DNA of 64,000 nucleotides from Escherichia coli (GTDB lineage Bacteria; Pseudomonadota; Gammaproteobacteria; Enterobacterales; Enterobacteriaceae): NCBI RefSeq assembly GCF_002854065.1, contig NZ_CP024147.1; one strand, 5' to 3'. Shown piece by piece: positions 1 to 8,873 of this stretch (position 1 is its first letter; each line of letters starts with the position of its first letter). The notes under the pieces were generated by a model. It saw only the letters and a program-made list of their open reading frames with translations, ran no database searches and was not told where the DNA came from. The position numbers and the translations under genes were made by a program.

Positions 1-905
1 TGCACAAGGCACGCGAAGGTGTCGGCAGTTGGTTACCGACCACCGTAACCGCGCCGCTTAATACCATTCATGCGGCGCTGAAACGTATTGCTCAACGTTG
101 CCAACGCGGCGGACCTGGTGCGCAAGTGCTGGGGAGTTATCTCGAAGGACCGTACTTCACGCCGCAGAATAAAGGCGCGCATCCGCCGGAATTGTTTCGC
201 GAGCTTGAAATTGCCGAGCTGGATCAATTGATTGCCGTTTCTCAGCACACCTTACGCGTGGTAGCGCTGGCACCGGAAAAAGAAGGGGCATTGCAGGCCA
301 TCCGCCATCTTAAACAGCAAAATGTAAGGGTGATGCTGGGGCATAGCGCGGCGACCTGGCAACAAACCCGCGCCGCGTTTGATGCCGGTGCCGACGGCCT
401 GGTGCATTGCTATAACGGGATGACAGGTTTACATCACCGCGAACCGGGAATGGTTGGCGCGGGATTAACGGACAAGCGCGCCTAGCTGGAACTGATAGCC
501 GATGGTCATCATGTGCATCCGGCGGCGATGTCGCTGTGTTGTTGCTGTTCGAAAGAGAGAATCGTGCTGATCACCGACGCGATGCAAGCAGCCGGGATGC
601 CGGATGGTCGCTATACGTTATGTGGCGAAGAAGTGCAGATGCACGGTGGCGTTGTCCGTATCGCGTCCGGTGGGCTGGCGGGCAGTACGCTGTCTGTTGA
701 TGCGGCAGTGCGCAATATGGTCGAGTTGACGGGCGTAACGCCTGCGGAAGCCATTCATATGGCATCGCTGCATCCGGCGCGAATGCTGGGTGTTGATGGT
801 GTTCTGGGATCGCTTAAACCGGGCAAACGCGCCAGCGTCGTTGCGCTGGATAGCGGGCTGCATGTGCAACAAATCTGGATTCAGGGTCAATTAGCTTCGT
901 TTTGA
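1..905 (+). pseudogene. agaA: agaA-like N-acetylgalactosamine-6-phosphate deacetylase (NagA family), 5' end outside window, interrupted by in-frame TAG at 483-485
   Basis: Frame is open from window start; ORF-track pieces 126..485 and 513..905 are in the same frame and read ...GLTDKRA*LELIADGHHVHPAA..., spanning the conserved NagA-type ADGHH motif; sits immediately upstream of agaS as in the aga cluster. Confidence 0.75.
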
Positions 906-981
906 TAGTTTGCTCCTTTATTGGGCCTTCACTTCCCCCGTAAGGCCTTTCTTTTTCTTTCGTTTTGATCTGTGCAGCGGT

Positions 982-1063
982 GTCGGATGCGACGCTAACG
1001 CGTCTTATCCGACCTACAGTTGGTGACCGCAAGGCCGGATAAAGCGTTTGCGCCGCATCCAGC
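982..1063. repeat. REP/BIME palindromic units in agaA-agaS intergenic region
   Basis: gtcggatgcgacgctaacgcgtcttatccgacctac and gccggataaagcgtttgcgccgcatcc match the E. coli REP consensus family. Confidence 0.7.
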
Positions 1064-1099
1064 AATCCCTTTTGCTTCCTTTATCTTTTCTTTCAACGA

Positions 1100-1205
1100 T
1101 CACAAATTTCGTTTTATTTCCTTTTTCTCCATTGAACTTTCGATTTCTTTTCTATAGATTTTAATCAACGAAAGACATCACCAAGTGAAATGAAACGAAA
1201 GGCAA
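1100..1205. promoter_or_regulatory. agaS promoter region with AgaR-operator-like TTTC-rich repeats
   Basis: aaatttcgttttatttcc (1105-1122), aactttcgatttcttttc (1133-1150) and the reverse complement of gaaatgaaacgaaagg (1187-1202) resemble the AgaR operator consensus (TTTCRTTTYRTTTY type). Confidence 0.4.
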
Positions 1206-1255
1206 GTGAAAGCGACAACGCCCGACGTCAAGTTCATCAGACTAAGGATTGAGTT

Positions 1256-2410
1256 ATGCCAGAAAATTACACCCCTGCTGCCGCCGCAACCGGTACATGG
1301 ACTGAAGAAGAGATCCGCCATCAGCCTCGCGCATGGATCCGTTCACTCACCAACATCGACGCGCTACGTTCCGCGCTCAATAACTTCCTTGAACCGTTAC
1401 TGCGCAAAGAGAATCTGCGGATCATCCTGACCGGAGCCGGAACCTCAGCATTTATCGGTGACATCATCGCACCGTGGCTCGCCAGCCATACCGGTAAAAA
1501 CTTCAGCGCTGTACCAACCACCGATCTGGTCACTAATCCGATGGACTACCTGAACCCAGCCCATCCGCTGCTGTTGATCTCCTTCGGTCGATCCGGCAAC
1601 AGCCCGGAAAGCGTCGCAGCCGTGGAACTGGCAAATCAATTTGTACCGGAATGCTATCACCTGCCGATTACCTGCAACGAAGCGGGCGCTCTTTACCAAA
1701 ACGCGATCAACAGCGATAACGCGTTTGCCCTGCTGATGCCCGCAGAAACGCACGATCGCGGCTTTGCGATGACCAGCAGCATTACCACCATGATGGCCAG
1801 CTGCCTCGCGGTTTTCGCACCTGAGACGATCAACAGCCAAACCTTCCGCGACGTGGCGGATCGTTGCCAGGCGATCCTGACCTCACTGGGCGATTTCAGC
1901 GAAGGTGTGTTTGGTTACGCACCATGGAAACGGATCGTTTATCTCGGCAGCGGTGGCTTACAGGGCGCAGCACGCGAGTCGGCGCTGAAAGTGCTGGAAC
2001 TGACGGCGGGTAAACTGGCGGCCTTTTATGATTCTCCAACCGGATTCCGTCATGGACCAAAATCGCTGGTCGATGACGAAACGCTGGTGGTGGTATTTGT
2101 CTCCAGCCACCCTTACACCCGTCAGTATGATCTTGATCTGCTGGCTGAACTCCGCCGTGACAACCAGGCAATGCGCGTAATCGCCATCGCCGCGGAAAGC
2201 AGCGACATCGTCGCTGCCGGTCCACATATTATCCTGCCACCGTCACGTCACTTTATCGACGTTGAGCAGGCATTTTGCTTCCTGATGTACGCCCAGACGT
2301 TTGCACTGATGCAGTCGCTGCACATGGGCAATACGCCGGATACCCCATCAGCCAGTGGCACCGTTAACCGCGTGGTGCAAGGCGTAATCATTCATCCATG
2401 GCAGGCATAA
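1256..2410 (+). CDS. agaS: SIS-domain galactosamine-6-phosphate deaminase/isomerase
   Basis: ORF 384 aa; length and sequence match E. coli AgaS; synteny in aga cluster. Confidence 0.93.
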   Translation: MPENYTPAAAATGTWTEEEIRHQPRAWIRSLTNIDALRSALNNFLEPLLRKENLRIILTGAGTSAFIGDIIAPWLASHTGKNFSAVPTTDLVTNPMDYLNPAHPLLLISFGRSGNSPESVAAVELANQFVPECYHLPITCNEAGALYQNAINSDNAFALLMPAETHDRGFAMTSSITTMMASCLAVFAPETINSQTFRDVADRCQAILTSLGDFSEGVFGYAPWKRIVYLGSGGLQGAARESALKVLELTAGKLAAFYDSPTGFRHGPKSLVDDETLVVVFVSSHPYTRQYDLDLLAELRRDNQAMRVIAIAAESSDIVAAGPHIILPPSRHFIDVEQAFCFLMYAQTFALMQSLHMGNTPDTPSASGTVNRVVQGVIIHPWQA

Positions 2411-3283
<873 letters not shown>

Positions 3284-3449
3284 TCATTAGTTTTTTATGA
3301 TTTATCCCAATGTACTTCCCGATTAATATCGGGGAGTGCCTTAATGGAAAAGGAGATGACTAAACCTTAATAAATACATCAGTACAATATTGCAACAATA
3401 ATATATTTAAAAAAATTATATTATTCAACTTTATGGTGAGGATTACACA

Positions 3450-3926
3450 ATGAGCAGTCCAAATATTCTCTTAACCCGTATTGATAACCGTCTGGTTCAC
3501 GGTCAGGTTGGCGTGACCTGGACATCCACCATCGGTGCGAATCTGCTGGTAGTCGTGGATGATGTTGTCGCTAACGATGATATTCAACAGAAATTAATGG
3601 GTATTACCGCAGAAACCTACGGCTTTGGCATTCGTTTCTTTACTATCGAAAAAACCATTAACGTCATCGGCAAAGCTGCACCGCATCAGAAGATCTTCCT
3701 GATTTGCCGTACGCCACAAACGGTACGTAAATTGGTAGAAGGTGGCATTGACCTGAAAGATGTCAACGTCGGCAATATGCATTTCTCGGAAGGGAAAAAG
3801 CAAATCAGCAGTAAAGTTTATGTCGATGACCAGGATCTCACGGACTTACGTTTTATTAAACAACGTGGCGTGAATGTTTTCATTCAGGACGTCCCTGGCG
3901 ATCAAAAAGAACAAATCCCTGACTAA
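3450..3926 (+). CDS. agaB: PTS N-acetylgalactosamine-specific EIIB component
   Basis: ORF 158 aa, mannose-family PTS IIB; synteny. Confidence 0.93.
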   Translation: MSSPNILLTRIDNRLVHGQVGVTWTSTIGANLLVVVDDVVANDDIQQKLMGITAETYGFGIRFFTIEKTINVIGKAAPHQKIFLICRTPQTVRKLVEGGIDLKDVNVGNMHFSEGKKQISSKVYVDDQDLTDLRFIKQRGVNVFIQDVPGDQKEQIPD

Positions 3927-3964
3927 ATCTAAAATCGCCTTAATATTGGTTTGAGGTAATAAAA

Positions 3965-4085
3965 ATGCATGAAATAACCCTACTTCAGGGATTATCCCTG
4001 GCGGCGTTAGTTTTCGTTCTGGGGATTGATTTTTGGCTGGAAGCCTTATTTTTATTCCGCCCGATAATCGTTTGTACCCTAACTG
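3965..4085 (+). pseudogene. agaC: agaC N-terminal fragment (PTS EIIC), truncated by IS1 insertion
   Basis: ATG at 3965 reads MHEITLLQGLSLAALVFVLGIDFWLEALFLFRPIIVCTLTG, then runs into the IS1 left end with TGA at 4088-4090. Confidence 0.85.
4077..4085. repeat. 9-bp target-site duplication, left copy (CCCTAACTG)
   Basis: ccctaactg directly abuts the IS1 left end and is repeated exactly at 4854-4862 abutting the right end. Confidence 0.9.
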
Positions 4086-4140
4086 GGTGATGCTGCCAAC
4101 TTACTGATTTAGTGTATGATGGTGTTTTTGAGGTGCTCCA

Positions 4141-4416
4141 GTGGCTTCTGTTTCTATCAGCTGTCCCTCCTGTTCAGCTACTGACGGGGTGGTGCGTAAC
4201 GGCAAAAGCACCGCCGGACATCAGCGCTATCTCTGCTCTCACTGCCGTAAAACATGGCAACTGCAGTTCACTTACACCGCTTCTCAACCCGGTACGCACC
4301 AGAAAATCATTGATATGGCCATGAATGGCGTTGGATGCCGGGCAACTGCCCGCATTATGGGCGTTGGCCTCAACACGATTTTACGTCACTTAAAAAACTC
4401 AGGCCGCAGTCGGTAA
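4141..4416 (+). CDS. insA: IS1 InsA (transposition repressor, N-terminal part of InsAB' transposase)
   Basis: ORF 91 aa [43 protein letters not shown]... identical in type to IS1 InsA. Confidence 0.93.
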
Positions 4417-4838
4417 CCTCGCGCATACAGCCGGGCAGTGACGTCATCGTCTGCGCGGAAATGGACGAACAGTGGGGCTATGTCGGGGCTAAATCGCGCC
4501 AGCGCTGGCTGTTTTACGCGTATGACAGTCTCCGGAAGACGGTTGTTGCGCACGTATTCGGTGAACGCACTATGGCGACGCTGGGGCGTCTTATGAGCCT
4601 GCTGTCACCCTTTGACGTGGTGATATGGATGACGGATGGCTGGCCGCTGTATGAATCCCGCCTGAAGGGAAAGCTGCACGTAATCAGCAAGCGATATACG
4701 CAGCGAATTGAGCGGCATAACCTGAATCTGAGGCAGCACCTGGCACGGCTGGGACGGAAGTCGCTGTCGTTCTCAAAATCGGTGGAGCTGCATGACAAAG
4801 TCATCGGGCATTATCTGAACATAAAACACTATCAATAA
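4335..4838 (+). CDS. insB: IS1 InsB (expressed as InsAB' transposase via -1 frameshift at the A6C motif)
   Basis: ORF 167 aa; A6C slippery motif ttaaaaaac at 4390-4398 lies in the insA/insB overlap. Confidence 0.9.
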
Positions 4839-4853
4839 GTTGGAGTCATTACC

Positions 4854-4862
4854 CCCTAACTG
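4854..4862. repeat. 9-bp target-site duplication, right copy (CCCTAACTG)
   Basis: Exact copy of 4077-4085 immediately after the IS1 right end. Confidence 0.9.
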
Positions 4863-5545
4863 GCGCTATTCTCGGTGATATTCAGACTGGCTTAATTACC
4901 GGTGGTCTGACAGAGTTGGCTTTCGCCGGATTAACCCCTGCAGGTGGTGTTCAGCCGCCCAACCCGATTATGGCGGGTCTGATGACCACCGTCATTGCAT
5001 GGTCTACGGGCGTTGATGCCAAAACAGCAATTGGTCTTGGCCTGCCGTTTAGTTTGTTAATGCAGTACGTCATTCTGTTCTTCTATTCCGCTTTCTCATT
5101 ATTTATGACCAAAGCCGATAAATGCGCGAAAGAGGCGGATACGGCAGCGTTTTCCCGACTTAACTGGACAACGATGCTCATCGTCGCTTCAGCGTATGCG
5201 GTGATTGCTTTCCTCTGTACTTACCTGGCACAAGGGGCGATGCAGGCGCTGGTGAAAGCGATGCCCGCCTGGTTGACCCACGGCTTTGAAGTGGCTGGCG
5301 GTATTCTGCCTGCCGTTGGTTTTGGCTTGCTGCTGCGCGTGATGTTCAAAGCACAATATATCCCTTACCTGATCGCCGGCTTTCTGTTTGTTTGCTACAT
5401 CCAGGTCAGCAACCTGTTGCCGGTTGCCGTACTGGGCGCAGGCTTTGCGGTGTATGAGTTTTTCAATGCGAAATCCCGGCAGCAAGCGCAACCGCAGCCC
5501 GTTGCCAGTAAAAATGAAGAAGAGGACTACAGCAATGGGATCTGA
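4854..5545 (+). pseudogene. agaC: agaC C-terminal fragment (PTS EIIC), separated from its start by IS1
   Basis: Frame continues from the duplicated target (..T L T G A I L G D I Q T G...) to the stop at 5545; the two fragments minus one TSD copy total 804 nt = 267 codons, the length of intact AgaC. Confidence 0.85.
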
Positions 5546-6326
5546 AATCAGTAAAAAAGATATCACCCGTCTGGGCTTTCGTTCGTCGCTGCTGCAAGCG
5601 AGCTTTAACTACGAAAGGATGCAGGCGGGCGGTTTTACCTGGGCGATGTTGCCGATCCTGAAAAAGATTTATAAGGATGACAAACCGGGCCTAAGCGCAG
5701 CGATGAAAGATAACCTCGAATTTATTAATACCCACCCGAATCTGGTCGGATTCCTGATGGGGTTATTAATTTCGATGGAAGAAAAAGGAGAAAACCGCGA
5801 CACCATTAAAGGCCTCAAAGTGGCACTGTTTGGCCCAATCGCCGGGATTGGCGATGCGATTTTCTGGTTTACTTTGTTGCCGATTATGGCGGGAATTTGC
5901 TCATCATTTGCCAGCCAGGGAAACCTGCTGGGGCCGATTCTATTTTTCGCCGTTTACCTGCTTATCTTTTTCCTGCGCGTCGGCTGGACCCACGTCGGTT
6001 ATTCAGTCGGCGTGAAGGCGATCGATAAAGTGCGAGAGAACTCGCAGATGATTGCTCGCTCGGCAACCATCCTCGGGATCACGGTAATCGGCGGGCTGAT
6101 CGCTTCGTATGTGCATATTAACGTGGTGACATCGTTTGCCATCGACAGTACCCACAGCGTTGCGCTGCAGCAGGATTTCTTCGATAAAGTCTTCCCGAAC
6201 ATTTTACCGATGGCCTACACCCTGCTGATGTATTACTTCCTGCGGGTGAAAAAAGCGCATCCGGTGCTGTTAATCGGCGTGACTTTTGTGCTCTCTATTG
6301 TTTGTTCCGCATTCGGCATTTTGTAA
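5535..6326 (+). CDS. agaD: PTS N-acetylgalactosamine-specific EIID component
   Basis: ATG at 5535 (MGSEISKKDITRLGF...), 263 aa, mannose-family IID; overlaps agaC end. Confidence 0.92.
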   Translation: MGSEISKKDITRLGFRSSLLQASFNYERMQAGGFTWAMLPILKKIYKDDKPGLSAAMKDNLEFINTHPNLVGFLMGLLISMEEKGENRDTIKGLKVALFGPIAGIGDAIFWFTLLPIMAGICSSFASQGNLLGPILFFAVYLLIFFLRVGWTHVGYSVGVKAIDKVRENSQMIARSATILGITVIGGLIASYVHINVVTSFAIDSTHSVALQQDFFDKVFPNILPMAYTLLMYYFLRVKKAHPVLLIGVTFVLSIVCSAFGIL

Positions 6327-7094
6327 ATGGAACGAGGCACTGCGTCTGGCGGTGCCTCTTTACTTAAGGAATTTCATCCTGTGCAAACCCTTCAGCAAGT
6401 TGAAAACTATACGGCGTTAAGTGAACGTGCCAGCGAATATTTATTGGCCGTGATCCGTAGCAAACCGGATGCCGTGATTTGCCTGGCGACCGGAGCCACG
6501 CCATTACTGACGTATCATTATCTGGTAGAAAAAATCCACCAGCAGCAGGTTGATGTCAGCCAGCTGACCTTCGTCAAGCTCGACGAATGGGTGGATCTGC
6601 CATTAACTATGCCTGGCACCTGCGAAACTTTCCTGCAACAGCATATCGTGCAGCCGCTGGGGCTACGTGAAGACCAGCTCATCAGCTTTCGCTCCGAAGA
6701 GATAAATGAGACAGAGTGCGAACGGGTAACGAACCTGATTGCGCGCAAAGGCGGTCTGGATTTATGCGTTCTCGGATTGGGGAAAAACGGTCATCTTGGG
6801 CTGAACGAACCGGGAGAAAACCTGCAACCGGCCTGCCATATCAGTCAACTTGATGCCAGAACACAGCAACATGAGATGTTAAAAACCGCGGGTCGCCCCG
6901 TGACTCGTGGGATCACCTTAGGCCTGAAGGATATTCTCAATGCCCGCGAGGTTTTGTTACTGGTGACTGGCGAAGGAAAGCAGGATGCGACAGAACGTTT
7001 TCTCACGGCTAAAGTCTCCACCGCTATCCCGGCTTCGTTTTTATGGCTGCATAACCATTTCACATGCGTGATTGATGAGATGTGTCGTCGTTAA
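6327..7094 (+). CDS. agaI: galactosamine-6-phosphate isomerase/deaminase family protein (NagB-like)
   Basis: ORF 255 aa with NagB/6-phosphogluconolactonase-like sequence; follows agaD; exact start uncertain. Confidence 0.85.
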   Translation: MERGTASGGASLLKEFHPVQTLQQVENYTALSERASEYLLAVIRSKPDAVICLATGATPLLTYHYLVEKIHQQQVDVSQLTFVKLDEWVDLPLTMPGTCETFLQQHIVQPLGLREDQLISFRSEEINETECERVTNLIARKGGLDLCVLGLGKNGHLGLNEPGENLQPACHISQLDARTQQHEMLKTAGRPVTRGITLGLKDILNAREVLLLVTGEGKQDATERFLTAKVSTAIPASFLWLHNHFTCVIDEMCRR

Positions 7095-7217
7095 CATCCC
7101 CCTTAGCCCGGAAAAATAAGAAAAGTGCTCATGAGTTTTGAGCACTTCGTTCCGGTTCAGTATGAACGTCCTCCGTTATTATGCCATCACAATGTAAACC
7201 TAAAGGTTGACAAAAAG

Positions 7218-7577
7218 ATGGTGAAAAATCAGACTAACAAAAAACGTGATAAAAATCTTCCAGTCATGCTGTTAAGTGTGGCCAGAAAGGAATTGTTTGA
7301 TCTTAGTGCAATCGATCGAGCGGAATTCATTGCTGCTATTGACGATTTCGAAGAGTTAGGTCCCTGCTCTTCCCTGGTGAATACCGAAAAAGTTCAAGGG
7401 GATATGTATGAAATTAAAACACATAGTCAGAGCCATTGGTTAAGGGGTTTTTATTTTCACTTTCATCAAGGGCTATGGGTCATCACACATATCTTTGCTA
7501 AAAAAACGAACAAAACGCCTAAAGCCAACATCGAGTTAGGTTTAGCACGTTATAAGGCCTTACTTTCGACAAACTAA
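7218..7577 (+). CDS. Gp49-like / HigB-like type II toxin candidate (start uncertain: 7125, 7218 or 7266)
   Basis: C-terminal core ...DMYEIKTHSQSHWLRGFYFHFHQGLWVITHIFAKKTNKTPKANIELGLARYKAL matches the conserved ...ELR...R..Y......I.L.H.F.KK.QKTP..E...A..Y motif of Gp49-family toxins; followed 23 bp later by an HTH antitoxin-like gene. Confidence 0.6.
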   Translation: MVKNQTNKKRDKNLPVMLLSVARKELFDLSAIDRAEFIAAIDDFEELGPCSSLVNTEKVQGDMYEIKTHSQSHWLRGFYFHFHQGLWVITHIFAKKTNKTPKANIELGLARYKALLSTN

Positions 7578-7600
7578 GCAAGCTTCCAGGAGAAATAGAA

Positions 7601-7903
7601 ATGAAGAAAAATAACGAGTTACATCACTGGGAAGACGTGAAAACAGAATTACTTAAGGACGAAGCAACCGCTAATGCTCTTGATGTTGTTGTACAACGCA
7701 AAGCGGTTCTTTCCCAACTCGTGGAAAAACGCAAAGCCCTCAATCTGAGCCAAACTGCCGTGGCGAAGCAACTTGGTGTTACCCGACAAGCGGTGAGTAA
7801 ATTTGAAAAAGGAGAAAGTTCACCAACATTAGATGTTGTTTTTAGCTATGCAAATGCTATCGGCATCGATCTGTTCGGCTCACTAAAAAGACTGATTGTT
7901 TAG
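7601..7903 (+). CDS. XRE-family helix-turn-helix protein, candidate antitoxin
   Basis: ATG 7601 preceded by SD aggaga (7588-7593); 100 aa with classic Cro/C1-type HTH LSQTAVAKQLGVTRQAVSKFEKGESSP; downstream partner of the toxin-like ORF. Confidence 0.7.
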   Translation: MKKNNELHHWEDVKTELLKDEATANALDVVVQRKAVLSQLVEKRKALNLSQTAVAKQLGVTRQAVSKFEKGESSPTLDVVFSYANAIGIDLFGSLKRLIV

Positions 7904-7945
7904 CAGGCGGCCCCAGGGTTCTTCAAACGGGGCCACGGAGAGATA

Positions 7946-8809
7946 TCACTCTCCCTGCTGCTCCAGCGCATACTTATACAGCGCATTTTTCTTCACGCCG
8001 TGAATTTCTGCGGCCAGCGCCGCCGCTTTTTTCAGCGGCAGTTCTGCCTGTAGCAGCGCCAGCGTGCGCAGGGCATCGGCGGGTAAGTCTTCTTCCTGTG
8101 CTTTATGACCTTCGACAATCAGCACCATTTCGCCTTTGCGGCGGTTTTCATCTTCCTTTACCCACGCCAGCAGCTCGCCAACGGGCGCGCCGTGAATGGT
8201 TTCCCAGGTTTTGGTTAGCTCACGCGCCAGAACCACATAACGGGATTCGCCTAATACCGCAACGATATCTTCCAGGCTATCTAACAGACGGTGGGTAGAT
8301 TCATAAAAAATCAGCGTGCGCGGCTCCGCTTCAATGGCTTTTAGCGCATCACGGCGGCCTTTTGATTTGGCAGGTAAAAAGCCTTCGTAACAGAAACGGT
8401 CAGAGGGTAAACCTGCGGCGCTTAACGCAGTGATAGCAGCACACGGCCCGGGTAGCGGCACCACGCGAATCCCCGCTTCACGGCAGGTACGCACCAGATG
8501 GTAGCCAGGATCGTTAATTAGCGGCGTTCCGGCATCGGAAACCAGCGCAATGTTTTGCCCCTCTTGCAGCTTCGCCAGCAGCGTTTCGGCTTTTTGTTGT
8601 TCGTTATGGTCGTGCAGTGCAAACAACCGGGCATTAATCCCAAAATGTTGCAGCAATAAACCGGTGTGACGAGTATCCTCGGCGGCAATCAGATCAACGG
8701 CCTGTAATACCTCTAACGCACGCTGGGTGATATCCGCCAGATTGCCGATTGGCGTCGGTACAATGTAAAGCTGGCCCTGAGAATTATCCGCCGATTGGTG
8801 TTGTTTCAT
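7946..8809 (-). CDS. rsmI: 16S rRNA (cytidine1402-2'-O)-methyltransferase
   Basis: ORF 287 aa, tetrapyrrole-methylase fold sequence matching E. coli RsmI (YraL); divergent from lpoA. Confidence 0.93.
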
Positions 8810-8873
8810 TGTGTCGTCCGTATTGCCGATTTAATATTGAGCATTGCGTAAAAAAAATATCACTGGATACATT

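Larger units (their letters stand above)
4086..4853 (+). mobile_element. IS1 insertion sequence, complete (768 bp)
   Basis: Begins ggtgatgctgccaacttactgat and ends atcaataagttggagtcattacc (IS1 terminal inverted repeats); carries insA and insB; flanked by 9-bp direct repeats. Confidence 0.95.

Noticed and set aside
4112-4838. Extra ORFs inside IS1 (4112..4324 plus, 4514..4804 minus)
   Set aside because: Alternative frames within the IS1 insA/insB region; IS1 is known to encode only InsA, InsB and the InsAB' fusion
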